This document shows, one piece after another, positions 1 to 8,704 of a DNA stretch of 64,000 nucleotides. A program made the position numbers and the translations under genes. The stretch's first letter is position 1; each line of letters starts with the position of its first letter. Source of the stretch: Desulfatiglandales bacterium. Lineage in GTDB: Bacteria > Desulfobacterota > DSM-4660 > Desulfatiglandales > Desulfatiglandaceae. The stretch covers positions 2,784,001 to 2,848,000 of the forward strand of contig OY762721.1 of NCBI GenBank assembly GCA_963666345.1, in the 5' to 3' direction. The notes below the pieces were generated by a model that ran no database searches, had not been told where the DNA came from, and worked only from the letters and a program-made list of their open reading frames with translations.

Positions 1-462
1 AGCCTGGACGAGACAAGGAGGGATGAGGACCCTTGGAGGGAAAAGGAGCCCTTCGAGCCTCTGACCGCGGAGGTTGCAGTCAAACCCACGCCGGAGCTTG
101 ATTTAATCGGAAGCGCGGGATGGAATCATTATGCCCACGAGTTTACGCAGGCGGATCTTTCTGTTGGTCTTGCACTGCCGGGAAGGGGCTCAGGCATTCA
201 TACCTTTGAACTCGATTATACCTATGAAAAGGATATGGAAGAAAGCCTGAGCCTGGCATTGGGTCTGGATTTAGGCAGGGGATTTTCCGTCGGGACCTCC
301 CTGAGCAGGGAGATGGATGACAGTGAGGATATCTCCAGGACATACTGGACAGGCTATGACAGCCAGTGCTGGGGCGCAAGATTTATTGCCGAGAGAAGCG
401 ATGAGGACACAAGTCTGATGGTCGTCATCAAACTCACCGGGCTCGGAGAAATAGGCTTCTAG
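1..462 (+). CDS. lptD: LPS-assembly outer-membrane beta-barrel LptD, C-terminal fragment (begins before window)
   Basis: Frame is open from base 1 to the stop at 462; alternating beta-strand pattern ending in Y-x-SQCWG...IKLTGLGEIGF, typical of LptD C-termini. Confidence 0.7.
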   Translation, partial: SLDETRRDEDPWREKEPFEPLTAEVAVKPTPELDLIGSAGWNHYAHEFTQADLSVGLALPGRGSGIHTFELDYTYEKDMEESLSLALGLDLGRGFSVGTSLSREMDDSEDISRTYWTGYDSQCWGARFIAERSDEDTSLMVVIKLTGLGEIGF

Positions 463-490
463 AGAGCCTTTATCATAGACGATATACCGT

Positions 491-1270
491 TTATGTGAAA
501 ACGATCAGGGCAAGCCCCGCCGCCCAGCAGTATGGGGCGAAATATGAAAGGTGCCCTTTTTTCACCATACCCATCAGGATGTTAAGCGCGAAAAATCCGA
601 CCAGCGCCGAGGTAAAAAAACCGGTAACAAGTGCGGAAAGTCCCACCCTTGAAACGGCTTCCATGTCAAACTGAAGAACAAGCGCGCCTATGATCGCCGG
701 TATGGAGAGAAGAAAGGAAAACCTGCCGGCAAGCTCCCTGTCAAGGCCTAGAAACAGGGCGCAGGCGATCGTGGCCCCTGATCGGGATATGCCCGGTATT
801 ATGGCCAGCCCCTGTACGGTCCCTATGGCAAGCGCGTAAAGAACCCCAAAGGTCTTCCTTGATCCGTAGCCTGACGGAATCAGCCTGGTCGCCCCGATTA
901 TCAGACCGGTCGTGATGAGCATGAACCCGACAAAATGAACCGAGGAGAAAAGTCTTTCGAGCGGGGTCATAAAGACCAGTCCTATTACGGCGGTTGGAAT
1001 CGAACCGACAATGATCCGGAAAAGAAGCGAGGTATGGTCGCTTTTGAAATCCTTTTTGCGTACCGCAGAGGTCATCTCGGACAGGTCACGGCGGAAATAG
1101 ATGATAACCGCCGTCAGGGTGCCCAGATGAAGCGAGATATCCAGCAGGATTTCAGGTTCACTGAATCCCATAAGATGCTGGAAAGCGACAAGGTGACCGG
1201 AACTGCTTATAGGAAGAAACTCGGTCAGCCCCTGGATTATTCCAAGAAAGACAGCGGCGATTTCAGACAT
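491..1270 (-). CDS. uppP: Undecaprenyl-diphosphate phosphatase (BacA/UppP)
   Basis: QGLTEFLPISSSGHL and PGISRSGAT motifs; hydrophobic protein. Confidence 0.95.
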   Translation of the reverse strand: MSEIAAVFLGIIQGLTEFLPISSSGHLVAFQHLMGFSEPEILLDISLHLGTLTAVIIYFRRDLSEMTSAVRKKDFKSDHTSLLFRIIVGSIPTAVIGLVFMTPLERLFSSVHFVGFMLITTGLIIGATRLIPSGYGSRKTFGVLYALAIGTVQGLAIIPGISRSGATIACALFLGLDRELAGRFSFLLSIPAIIGALVLQFDMEAVSRVGLSALVTGFFTSALVGFFALNILMGMVKKGHLSYFAPYCWAAGLALIVFT

Positions 1271-1378
1271 GATGAATTTACCTTTTAAATCTGTGAGATA
1301 TCAGATGGCGCAGCAGATATGCAAGCTCAATCTTTATGGTCGGCCGTGCGGTTTGGCCGCTTCCCTCTTCTTATGTTT

Positions 1379-1915
1379 GGTTCTTCTCCAACTTAGTTGT
1401 CGAAGAGGGTCCAAGGAGTCAAGGGTTCCAGGAATCAAGGGTTTACTTTCAAGGGATTTGATTATCACTTTGAGCATTGCCCCGACATCCCCTGTTTTCC
1501 TTCTTAATTTTCAAAGCCTTTCTTCTTTCAAATAACCCAGGTAAGCTGATGTTATGTACCGGGTTTCCAGTTCACAGGCTGAACCTTATGCAATATAGAG
1601 AAATCTCACAGACTCTATAGCCGTTTTTTTCCCATACCCTTAGGCGGTATCCCTTGATACGAAAACAGCGGATCTTCTGATTCGGGAGGTAAAACAGTAT
1701 TGTTCATTTTCAAAAAAACGTTTCGTTTCTTTATACATATGCAAACAAGGTGTATGCGATTTTTTTCTTAACGGTTAACCGGCTATAATCTTTAAGCTTT
1801 TCACTCGACCCCTCGACCCCTTGAAACCGGGAACCCGCTGCGAAGCAGTGGGACTGAGCGAAGCGTAAGCGGAGCAAAGAAACCTTTATTTAGACCAACT
1901 CTTTTGGAGATGACC
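1379..1915. mobile_element. Small non-autonomous cassette with imperfect terminal inverted repeats carrying a decayed four-helix-bundle gene
   Basis: Left end ggttcttctccaacttagttgtc versus reverse complement of right end ggtcatctccaaaagagttggtc; degenerate 8-nt tandem repeats in opposite orientation inside both ends. Confidence 0.6.
1439..1799 (-). pseudogene. Four-helix-bundle protein (23S rRNA IVP / TIGR02436-like) pseudogene
   Basis: Manual translation: KLKDYSRLTV../..CLHMYKETKRF..NEQYCFTSRIRRSAVFVSRDTA*GYGKKT..RFLYIA*GSACELET..AYLGYL..L*../MLKVIIKSLESKP; three stops and two frameshifts. Confidence 0.8.
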
Positions 1916-1957
1916 TTTATGTTTTAACCTCTTGATTTCGGGGCGGGGTTACCTTGC

Positions 1958-1986
1958 TTGACAGTGCAGGGTCCTTCCAGTATATT
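1958..1986 (+). promoter_or_regulatory. Sigma70-type promoter for the PFK gene
   Basis: TTGACA-N17-TATATT upstream of a GGAGG RBS and the ATG at 2030. Confidence 0.65.
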
Positions 1987-2029
1987 TTTTCTCCTGAGTC
2001 TTATAACCTAGAATACCCCGGAGGTATAA

Positions 2030-3133
2030 ATGAAAACAAAAGTGGGGGTCTTGTCTGCCGGCGGCGACTGCCCGGGAATAAACAGCGCCATTCGATGGCT
2101 GGTCTATTCTGCGATGGATAAAAGCCTTGTTCCCGAAAGGGGGATGATGTTTGAGGTGCTTGGAATCAGAGACGGGTGGAGGGGCCTGTGCGAGGTAAAA
2201 CCTGATAAAAAGGACAGCCTCAAGCGCTGGACTACGCCTCTGGACCCGGATATAGTCCGAACCTGGGACCGATACGGCGGAACAAGGTTGGGGACCAGCA
2301 GGGTAAATCCCTATAATCCGCAGAATGATAGATCGGAGCTGCTTATTCAGAACTTCAAGAAGCTGGGCCTGGATGCGCTGGTGGTGATAGGTGGCTTTGA
2401 CAGTATAGGCGTCTCCTACAAGCTGTTCAAGGAAGGAGTCAAACTGGTAGGTATCCCGAAGACCATAGACAGAAATCTGTCTGAAACGGACTATTCCCTG
2501 GGCTTTGATTCGGCACTTAACATAATAACGGATGACGTTGACAGAATAAGGATAACGGCCGGTTCACACAGCCGTATTTTTGTGGTTGAGTGCATGGGAA
2601 GAAACGCGGGTTGGTTGGCCCTGGAGGGTGGGGAGGCTACGGGGGCGGCTCTTATACTTATCCCGGAGCATGATTTCGTAGTCGAAAGGGTAATTGAATT
2701 ACTGAAACAGAGGAAGAAATCCGGAAAGAGATATTCGATAGTAATGGTCTCCGAGGGTGCGAAACCGAGGGGTATGGAAGAGATACGCGAAAAACGGGGC
2801 AGAGACGGCTTCGGTCATTACTATCTGGGGGGAGTGGGTGGCTTCCTGGCCGAGGAGATTCAAAGACATACCAATATGGAGGTACGATATGTCGCCTTGA
2901 GGCATCTCCAGAGGGGAGGGGCTCCAACCGCTTATGACCGCAGGATGGGTCGAAGATTCGGAATCGCCGCCATCGATATGATCGTAAATGAGGATTTCGG
3001 GCGTTTGGTAAGTCTCAAAAACGGTGAAATTACCAGTGTGCCGATGAAGAAGACCCTGGAGAGGCTGAAACTGGTTGATGTGGAAAAATATTACAATACC
3101 AGGGACTATAAGAGCCTCGATCGCATACTTTAG
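2030..3133 (+). CDS. pfkA: 6-phosphofructokinase family protein (PfkA, mixed-substrate/PPi-type signature, divergent active site)
   Basis: GGDCPGIN, GGTRLGTSR, PKTID, VECMGR, HLQRGG motifs. Confidence 0.88.
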   Translation: MKTKVGVLSAGGDCPGINSAIRWLVYSAMDKSLVPERGMMFEVLGIRDGWRGLCEVKPDKKDSLKRWTTPLDPDIVRTWDRYGGTRLGTSRVNPYNPQNDRSELLIQNFKKLGLDALVVIGGFDSIGVSYKLFKEGVKLVGIPKTIDRNLSETDYSLGFDSALNIITDDVDRIRITAGSHSRIFVVECMGRNAGWLALEGGEATGAALILIPEHDFVVERVIELLKQRKKSGKRYSIVMVSEGAKPRGMEEIREKRGRDGFGHYYLGGVGGFLAEEIQRHTNMEVRYVALRHLQRGGAPTAYDRRMGRRFGIAAIDMIVNEDFGRLVSLKNGEITSVPMKKTLERLKLVDVEKYYNTRDYKSLDRIL

Positions 3134-3137
3134 GGAT

Positions 3138-3749
3138 TTATTTGTTCAGAGGGATTCTGCTCTTCATCGCATGGGTAAGGGTCATGGGATCCGTGTATTT
3201 CAGATCGCCCCCCATGGGCACTCCAAGGGCTATCCTTGTTACCTTTATGCTCCCATGCCTTTCCGATATAAGACTTGCCAGAAACGAGGCGGTGGCTTCA
3301 CCCTCAGTGGTGGGGTTGGTCGCCAGTATGACCTCCCGGATGTTTTCCCTCTTTAATCTGGAAAGAAGTTCCCCTATCTTTAGATCTCCGGGCCCTACCC
3401 CGTCAAGGGGTGAGAGGGCACCATGCAAAATGTGATACCGGCCCCTGAATATGCCTGATTCCTCTATCGCCAGTTGATCACCCGGTCCCTCTACAACGCA
3501 GATCGTTCCGTCGGCGCGTGATTCATCTTCGCAGATGGAGCAGGGGTCCCGGTCGGTCAGGTTAAAGCAGATGGAACAGAACTTTATGCTTTCTTTTACA
3601 TCCATGAGGCTTTCAGCAAGATTTTCCGCAAGCTCTCTTTTACTTCTGAGTATATGGAGGGCGATTCTGGCGGCCGATTTCTGGCCTATTCCCGGGAGCC
3701 TTGAAAGGGCTTTTATGAGCTTTTCCAGGGAAGGAGGATATATTCCCAT
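3138..3749 (-). CDS. recR: Recombination mediator RecR
   Basis: LPGIGQKSAARIA HhH motif, C4 zinc finger, TOPRIM NPTTEGEATA; start moved to MGIYPPS, which has an AGGA RBS. Confidence 0.95.
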   Translation of the reverse strand: MGIYPPSLEKLIKALSRLPGIGQKSAARIALHILRSKRELAENLAESLMDVKESIKFCSICFNLTDRDPCSICEDESRADGTICVVEGPGDQLAIEESGIFRGRYHILHGALSPLDGVGPGDLKIGELLSRLKRENIREVILATNPTTEGEATASFLASLISERHGSIKVTRIALGVPMGGDLKYTDPMTLTHAMKSRIPLNK

Positions 3750-3910
3750 AAGATATTCCTGTGGGTTAAGGAAGAACCTTAACAAAAAGATTGAATTGCA
3801 AGATCTGCCCGGCAAAAGTTCCGGAGTCTTTTTAGCGCTCTTGATTTAACTGCTTAAACGGGTACTGCGGTTTCCGTCCAGAAACGGTCCTGTTGCCGGG
3901 CCTTATGAAT

Positions 3911-4240
3911 CTAGAAAAGACCCGGAAGACCTGGGATATTCATGCCTTTTGTCAGTTCTCCCATCCCATCGTTCATCATTTCCTTGGCCTTTGACATTGC
4001 GTCATTAACTGCCGCTATTATCAGATCCTGAAGCATTTCCGAATCACCGGGGTCTATGACCTCATTATCGATACTGAGGGATAATAACTCCTGTTTGCCG
4101 TTGACCACTACCGTTACCATGCCTCCGCCGGATGATGCCTCTACGGTCTTATCTCCAAGCTCCTCCTGTAATTTGGCCATTTTTGTCTGGAACTGCTGGG
4201 CCTGTTTCATCAGTTGACCCATATTGGGTATCCCCTTCAT
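3911..4240 (-). CDS. ybaB: YbaB/EbfC nucleoid-associated protein
   Basis: SGGGMVTV, EMLQDLIIAAVNDA; lies between dnaX and recR. Confidence 0.93.
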   Translation of the reverse strand: MKGIPNMGQLMKQAQQFQTKMAKLQEELGDKTVEASSGGGMVTVVVNGKQELLSLSIDNEVIDPGDSEMLQDLIIAAVNDAMSKAKEMMNDGMGELTKGMNIPGLPGLF

Positions 4241-4299
4241 TATGCTACCTCCGGATTAATCTTTTTCATTTATCAAGACGCTATCTTCCCTTTCAGGAC

Positions 4300-5931
4300 C
4301 TATTTCTCATCCAGGATCTTGCCCTGAAAGACATCCAGTACCTCTTTTACCGGATCGGGAAGAGTCGAATTGTCTTTCCGTTTTCTTATTTCCGTTTGCG
4401 TTTTCGGTTTATTATCGTGATCAGAAACGGATCTGCTGTTTCGTCTGATTATTATCTTGATCCGTTCATTGAAAAATTGTCTGCAAAGGCTGCAGAACTG
4501 ATCATACGTATCTTTATCATCAAAATAATCGGAAGAAAATGATTTTGTTCCATTGTTTATTTCCAGGTGCCCCTCCTCCAGGCCGATCAGTTCCCAGTCC
4601 TTAAGCACACTGTACATCAATCTGTTTTTGGATGAGAGAAAGTCCAGAAAATCCTCCCATCCCTTTTCAGGAAATGCGGGGGGGGGGTCCGCTTTGATGT
4701 CACTTTTTTCATCCCCGGTTGTTCGTTCATCAACATCAGGTGCCGGGTCATGTCTTACCTCTTGAGGTTTAATATCTACCGGGGTGCCGGCCAGTCTCTT
4801 TTCAAGGGCTTCGATCTTTTCTATCAGTTCCTGAAAGGAAAGATGATCACCAACCCGGCAGAGCCTTATCATGGTTGTCTCAAGATAGAGGCGGGGATTG
4901 GATGAAAATTTCAGCGCCTCTTCCCTTGCTATCATCAAATCCAGGAGCATGTGAAGTTTCGATGTACCGGCCCCTTTTGCCAGATCGATTATTTCATCCT
5001 TGTCAGGACCTATGAAATCGACGAGATAATCTTCAGGTGTCAGCAGGCAGACAAGGAGATCCCTTAATTGTTCCATGAGATTGTGGTAGAACGTCCTTGT
5101 GTCATATCCATAGGTATAGATCCTGTCAATAAGTTCAAGGCACCTCTTTGCCGAGCCGTCTATTAGGGCACGGCATGCGTCAAGTATCACGCCCCTGTCG
5201 ATTATTCCCAGTATCTCGGTTACATCTTTTTCACTGACCCGGTTTCCACTGAACGAGACTACCTGGTCAAGGAGGCTTTCGGCATCCCTCATGCTCCCTT
5301 CCGATTCCCGCGCGATAAGCGCCAGGGAAGACCTGGGAATTTCGAGATCCTCTTTCAGGGTTATCTTTTCAAGGTGCTCAATGATTCTGGCAGGAGTGAT
5401 TCTCTTGAAGTCAAATCGTTGACAGCGCGACAGGATCGTAACAGGCACCTTATGGGCTTCGGTCGTGGCAAAAATAAATTTCACATGCTCCGGGGGTTCT
5501 TCAAGTGTCTTGAGGAGCGCGTTAAAGGCGGCGAGGGTCAGCATATGGACTTCATCGATTATATAAACCCTGTATGGGCTGCTTGAGGGGGTGTATCTTA
5601 TACCCTCCCTCAATTCTCTGATCTCATCTATGCCGCGGTTTGAGGCGCCGTCTATTTCCTGGACATCCATGGATGAGCCCCTGGTAATTTCAATACATGA
5701 AGGGCACTTGTTGCATGGGGCCCCGGGTTCACCCTGTGTGCAGTTTATCGATTTGGCCAGTATACGGGCAACGGAGGTCTTACCCACCCCCCTTGGTCCG
5801 CTGAACAGATAGGCATGTGCAAGCCTGTTGCTTTTAATGGCGTTTATCAACGTTTTTGTAATGTGTTCCTGCCCGATGACATCCTCGAATCTCTGAGGGC
5901 GCCACTTTCTGGCCAATACTTCATATGACAT
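4300..5931 (-). CDS. dnaX: DNA polymerase III subunit gamma/tau
   Basis: LARKWRP, GPRGVGKT, IIDEVHML, SRCQRF motifs. Confidence 0.97.
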   Translation of the reverse strand: MSYEVLARKWRPQRFEDVIGQEHITKTLINAIKSNRLAHAYLFSGPRGVGKTSVARILAKSINCTQGEPGAPCNKCPSCIEITRGSSMDVQEIDGASNRGIDEIRELREGIRYTPSSSPYRVYIIDEVHMLTLAAFNALLKTLEEPPEHVKFIFATTEAHKVPVTILSRCQRFDFKRITPARIIEHLEKITLKEDLEIPRSSLALIARESEGSMRDAESLLDQVVSFSGNRVSEKDVTEILGIIDRGVILDACRALIDGSAKRCLELIDRIYTYGYDTRTFYHNLMEQLRDLLVCLLTPEDYLVDFIGPDKDEIIDLAKGAGTSKLHMLLDLMIAREEALKFSSNPRLYLETTMIRLCRVGDHLSFQELIEKIEALEKRLAGTPVDIKPQEVRHDPAPDVDERTTGDEKSDIKADPPPAFPEKGWEDFLDFLSSKNRLMYSVLKDWELIGLEEGHLEINNGTKSFSSDYFDDKDTYDQFCSLCRQFFNERIKIIIRRNSRSVSDHDNKPKTQTEIRKRKDNSTLPDPVKEVLDVFQGKILDEK

Positions 5932-6173
5932 GACAGACCTGCATCTGTTTATTTTATTTCGGAAAACCTGGTCTTCCGAGCAAGGCAGGGAAAACGGTCC
6001 TGCAAAGGATAATGATCCCAGCTAAAAGGTATGGACGGATCATCAAAAAAATATCGCGCGTAACAGTGAAACCGCCAAAAAGGTCCTAATAACCGGCGGC
6101 CGGAAGTCTTTTCAGGTGGATCCTGAGAATATGGAAGGGCGCCTTGGCGAAAAAACAGCAGGTCGGCAATTAA

Positions 6174-6268
6174 TGGCGGAGAGAGAGGGATTCGAACCCT
6201 CGGTGCCGCTTTGTAACAGCACACGCGATTTCCAGTCGCGCTCCTTCAGCCAGCTCGGACATCTCTCC
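6174..6268 (-). tRNA. tRNA-Ser(GGA)
   Basis: Reverse complement GGAGAGATGTCC...CGCGA-CTGGAAA-TCGCG...GTTCGAATC...CTCTCCGCCA; long variable arm; encoded CCA. Confidence 0.95.
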
Positions 6269-6340
6269 TTTATTTAATTCCTAATCACCCCGCCTTTTTG
6301 ACAAAAAGATAAATCAGGAGGCCTGGTATCCCAAAACCCT

Positions 6341-6436
6341 TGGCGGAGAGGGTGGGATTCGAACCCACGTGCCCCGCTATTCACGGGACAAATCGATTTC
6401 GAGTCGATCCCGTTACGACCACTTCGGTACCTCTCC
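6341..6436 (-). tRNA. tRNA-Ser(CGA)
   Basis: Reverse complement GGAGAGGTACC...ATCGA-CTCGAAA-TCGAT...GTTCGAATC...CTCTCCGCCA; long variable arm. Confidence 0.95.
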
Positions 6437-6916
6437 ATGGGTTATTTCTCTGTTTTGAACCTCCCTGCGGCCTTTGAAAAATATCTTCATCAAGGCCCTG
6501 CACTGCTCTTCCAGAATTCCCCCTGTCACCTCGATTCTGTGATTCAGGCGGGCATCTGCAGCAAGATTAAAAATAGAGCCTGCAGCACCCCCTTTGGGAT
6601 CAGAGGCACCGAAAACCAATCGGGAAACCCTGGCGTTGAGAGCCGCACCCATGCACATAAGGCAGGGTTCTATTGTAACAACTAAAACAGATCCGGTCAG
6701 CCTGTAGTTGTTATACAAAAGAGATGCCCGTCTCATGGCGAGGATTTCAGCATGTGCCGTGGGGTCGTTTAACGCAATAGGTTGATTATGCCCCCTTGAG
6801 ACTATTCGGCCCTCCGGATCAATGATAACGGCACCCACGGGAACCTCGCCTTCGGATAAGGCCTTCTCCGCCTCTTTAAGCGCCTGCCTCATTGAATGGT
6901 AAAGATCAAATTTCAT
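6413..6916 (-). CDS. tadA: tRNA adenosine(34) deaminase TadA
   Basis: EVPVGAV, PTAHAE, EPCLMC deaminase motifs. Confidence 0.93.
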   Translation of the reverse strand: MKFDLYHSMRQALKEAEKALSEGEVPVGAVIIDPEGRIVSRGHNQPIALNDPTAHAEILAMRRASLLYNNYRLTGSVLVVTIEPCLMCMGAALNARVSRLVFGASDPKGGAAGSIFNLAADARLNHRIEVTGGILEEQCRALMKIFFKGRREVQNREITHGEVPKWS

Positions 6917-7304
6917 TTACGCATTACTATCACATTTATTTTTCTAACGTCAACACGATAGTTATCAACCGGATCGGTATAATGGCATAATCAGTTTTAT
7001 GAAGCGGTTCTGCTCGAATTTATCCTGAAACAAAGGGTTAAAGGGTTACGATCGAAATGAGCTTGCCCTTAGGATGAGGGAGTCCTATAATTTATTATAG
7101 AAACGGTTCTGAAACTCTGGCTGGGGAAAAGGCGCATGTTGAAACCCCGTATAACAGTCTTGTTTAAGCTGTAAACCAATGCCCTGTGTCGTGGCCCGGG
7201 CTTTACATCTTTTCATGGAAGGTCACATGAAACTGCAGGCTGTCTCGCGTCCGTACCGCCTTTAAACGGGGGGAACCTGCCGTGAAATGAAGAGAGAAGG
7301 ATTT

Positions 7305-7604
7305 ATGTCTGGCTGGATGGAATTTGTAAGCGAAGAAGAGGTCAAGAGGGAAAAAGAGAAGGCAAGAAGGCTGAGAAAGTCGAACTGGTGGAACAGCCGG
7401 ATAGAACCTGGAGTATGCTATTACTGCAATAGTAACGTTGGGAGGGAAAATCTTACAATGGATCATGTCGTGCCTCTCAGCCGGGGAGGAAAAAGCAAAA
7501 AGGGAAATATCGTGCCGGCCTGTAAGGAATGTAACAGCAAAAAAAAGTATCTTCTTCCTCTGGAATGGGAGGAGTACCTGGCAGGGCTGAAGGAGAAATC
7601 CTGA
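7305..7604 (+). CDS. Small HNH endonuclease-domain protein
   Basis: CYYC..TMDHVVPLSRGG..NIVPACKECN; start probably ATG 7305 (AAGGA RBS), with 7287 as an alternative. Confidence 0.85.
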   Translation: MSGWMEFVSEEEVKREKEKARRLRKSNWWNSRIEPGVCYYCNSNVGRENLTMDHVVPLSRGGKSKKGNIVPACKECNSKKKYLLPLEWEEYLAGLKEKS

Positions 7605-7613
7605 GTGCCTTGA

Positions 7614-8429
7614 TCATATATGACGCCTTATGCTTACCTTTATATCATGAGCCTCCTTTTTCTCCACTCCCGGCAGGTCGGATGCCCTTCCCTGATTTAC
7701 TGAAATCTCAAGAAAGCCTGAACTGCCTATGAGGGCGAGAGGTTTTCCTTTTTCGACGTCGCAATAGGTTTTTGAAAGACCCTGGATCTCTGTCGGACCG
7801 ATCCTTAAGACAGGCCTCTTTCCCCGCAGGAAGCCTTTCAGCATATCTTCTTTTATATCGGTAATAATGTTTCCGAACCTGTCGACCCTTACAGCCGCCC
7901 CATGGAGCTGTTCGCCGGTTTTTTCAGGAACGGCGGGTTCTGATACCACAGGGTCGTCAACAGGTTCTCCGAAATCAAGCGGGCTTGCTCCGATCGACAG
8001 ATGGGCGGCCGCAGGTGCGAAGATATCTCTGCCGTGAAAGGTGGAACTTACAGCGGGAAGGGTGTATTTCCTTTTTGTTATGGCCCTGATCGATATCTTT
8101 CCCAGACTTTGCGCTGCGGGCAGAAGTACCCCGTTATCCGGTCCCACAAAAAGATGCCCGCGCGCCTCTATGATTATCGGGCGCCTCTTCCCCCCGACAC
8201 CGGGATCGACTACAACCAGATGGATCGTGCCGGCCGGGAAAAACGGGACCGCCTCAAGCAGTATGGCAGAGGCCTCTGTGATGGAACCTGGTGCGATACC
8301 GTGACTTATGTCTGTAATGGATGCCTCGGGGTTTATGGAAAGGATAACGCCTTTCATTATTCCCACATAAGGGTCTGTAAGACCGAAATCGGTTGTAAGG
8401 GTTATTATGTTTGAGGCGTCTTTTCGCAT
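7614..8429 (-). CDS. SAM-dependent halogenase / SAM hydrolase family protein (DUF62)
   Basis: ITLTTDFG, VVVDPGVG, VGPDNG, STFHGRDIFAP, VDRFGN motifs; start set at MRKDAS. Confidence 0.9.
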   Translation of the reverse strand: MRKDASNIITLTTDFGLTDPYVGIMKGVILSINPEASITDISHGIAPGSITEASAILLEAVPFFPAGTIHLVVVDPGVGGKRRPIIIEARGHLFVGPDNGVLLPAAQSLGKISIRAITKRKYTLPAVSSTFHGRDIFAPAAAHLSIGASPLDFGEPVDDPVVSEPAVPEKTGEQLHGAAVRVDRFGNIITDIKEDMLKGFLRGKRPVLRIGPTEIQGLSKTYCDVEKGKPLALIGSSGFLEISVNQGRASDLPGVEKKEAHDIKVSIRRHI

Positions 8430-8704
8430 TGGCCTGGCTTGGCAAGTATGAGAGCCATGTAAATGATTCTGGCATGGTTTGTCTGAAAATGATTTTACGG
8501 GACAAGAATATCCCGGAGTAGGCTTCAAGTCAATAAGAGGCTCTTAAAAGAGGATTCAAGGATTGAATGAAATTTGACAGCCAACCTTCCATTGCGTAAT
8601 ATCCCTGTGGCAGGTCGGCCTGCGGCACTCAAGGCCTGGAGACCGCAGTGCCGGAATAAACCGAAGCTTTCCCGGTCACGGCTTAAAGCCGGTGAGATTA
8701 GACT

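Noticed and set aside
1379..1915. Diversity-generating retroelement (Avd-like gene)
   Set aside because: No reverse transcriptase and no TR/VR repeat pair seen in the window
5932..6340. SRP RNA (ffs), often found between tRNA-Ser and dnaX
   Set aside because: No SRP domain IV motif (CAGG..GGAA..AGCAG) seen on either strand in the spacers
7305..7604. HNH protein as a homing or defence nuclease near tRNAs
   Set aside because: No integrase, att duplication, methyltransferase or repeat array nearby; it looks like a small stand-alone conserved HNH gene
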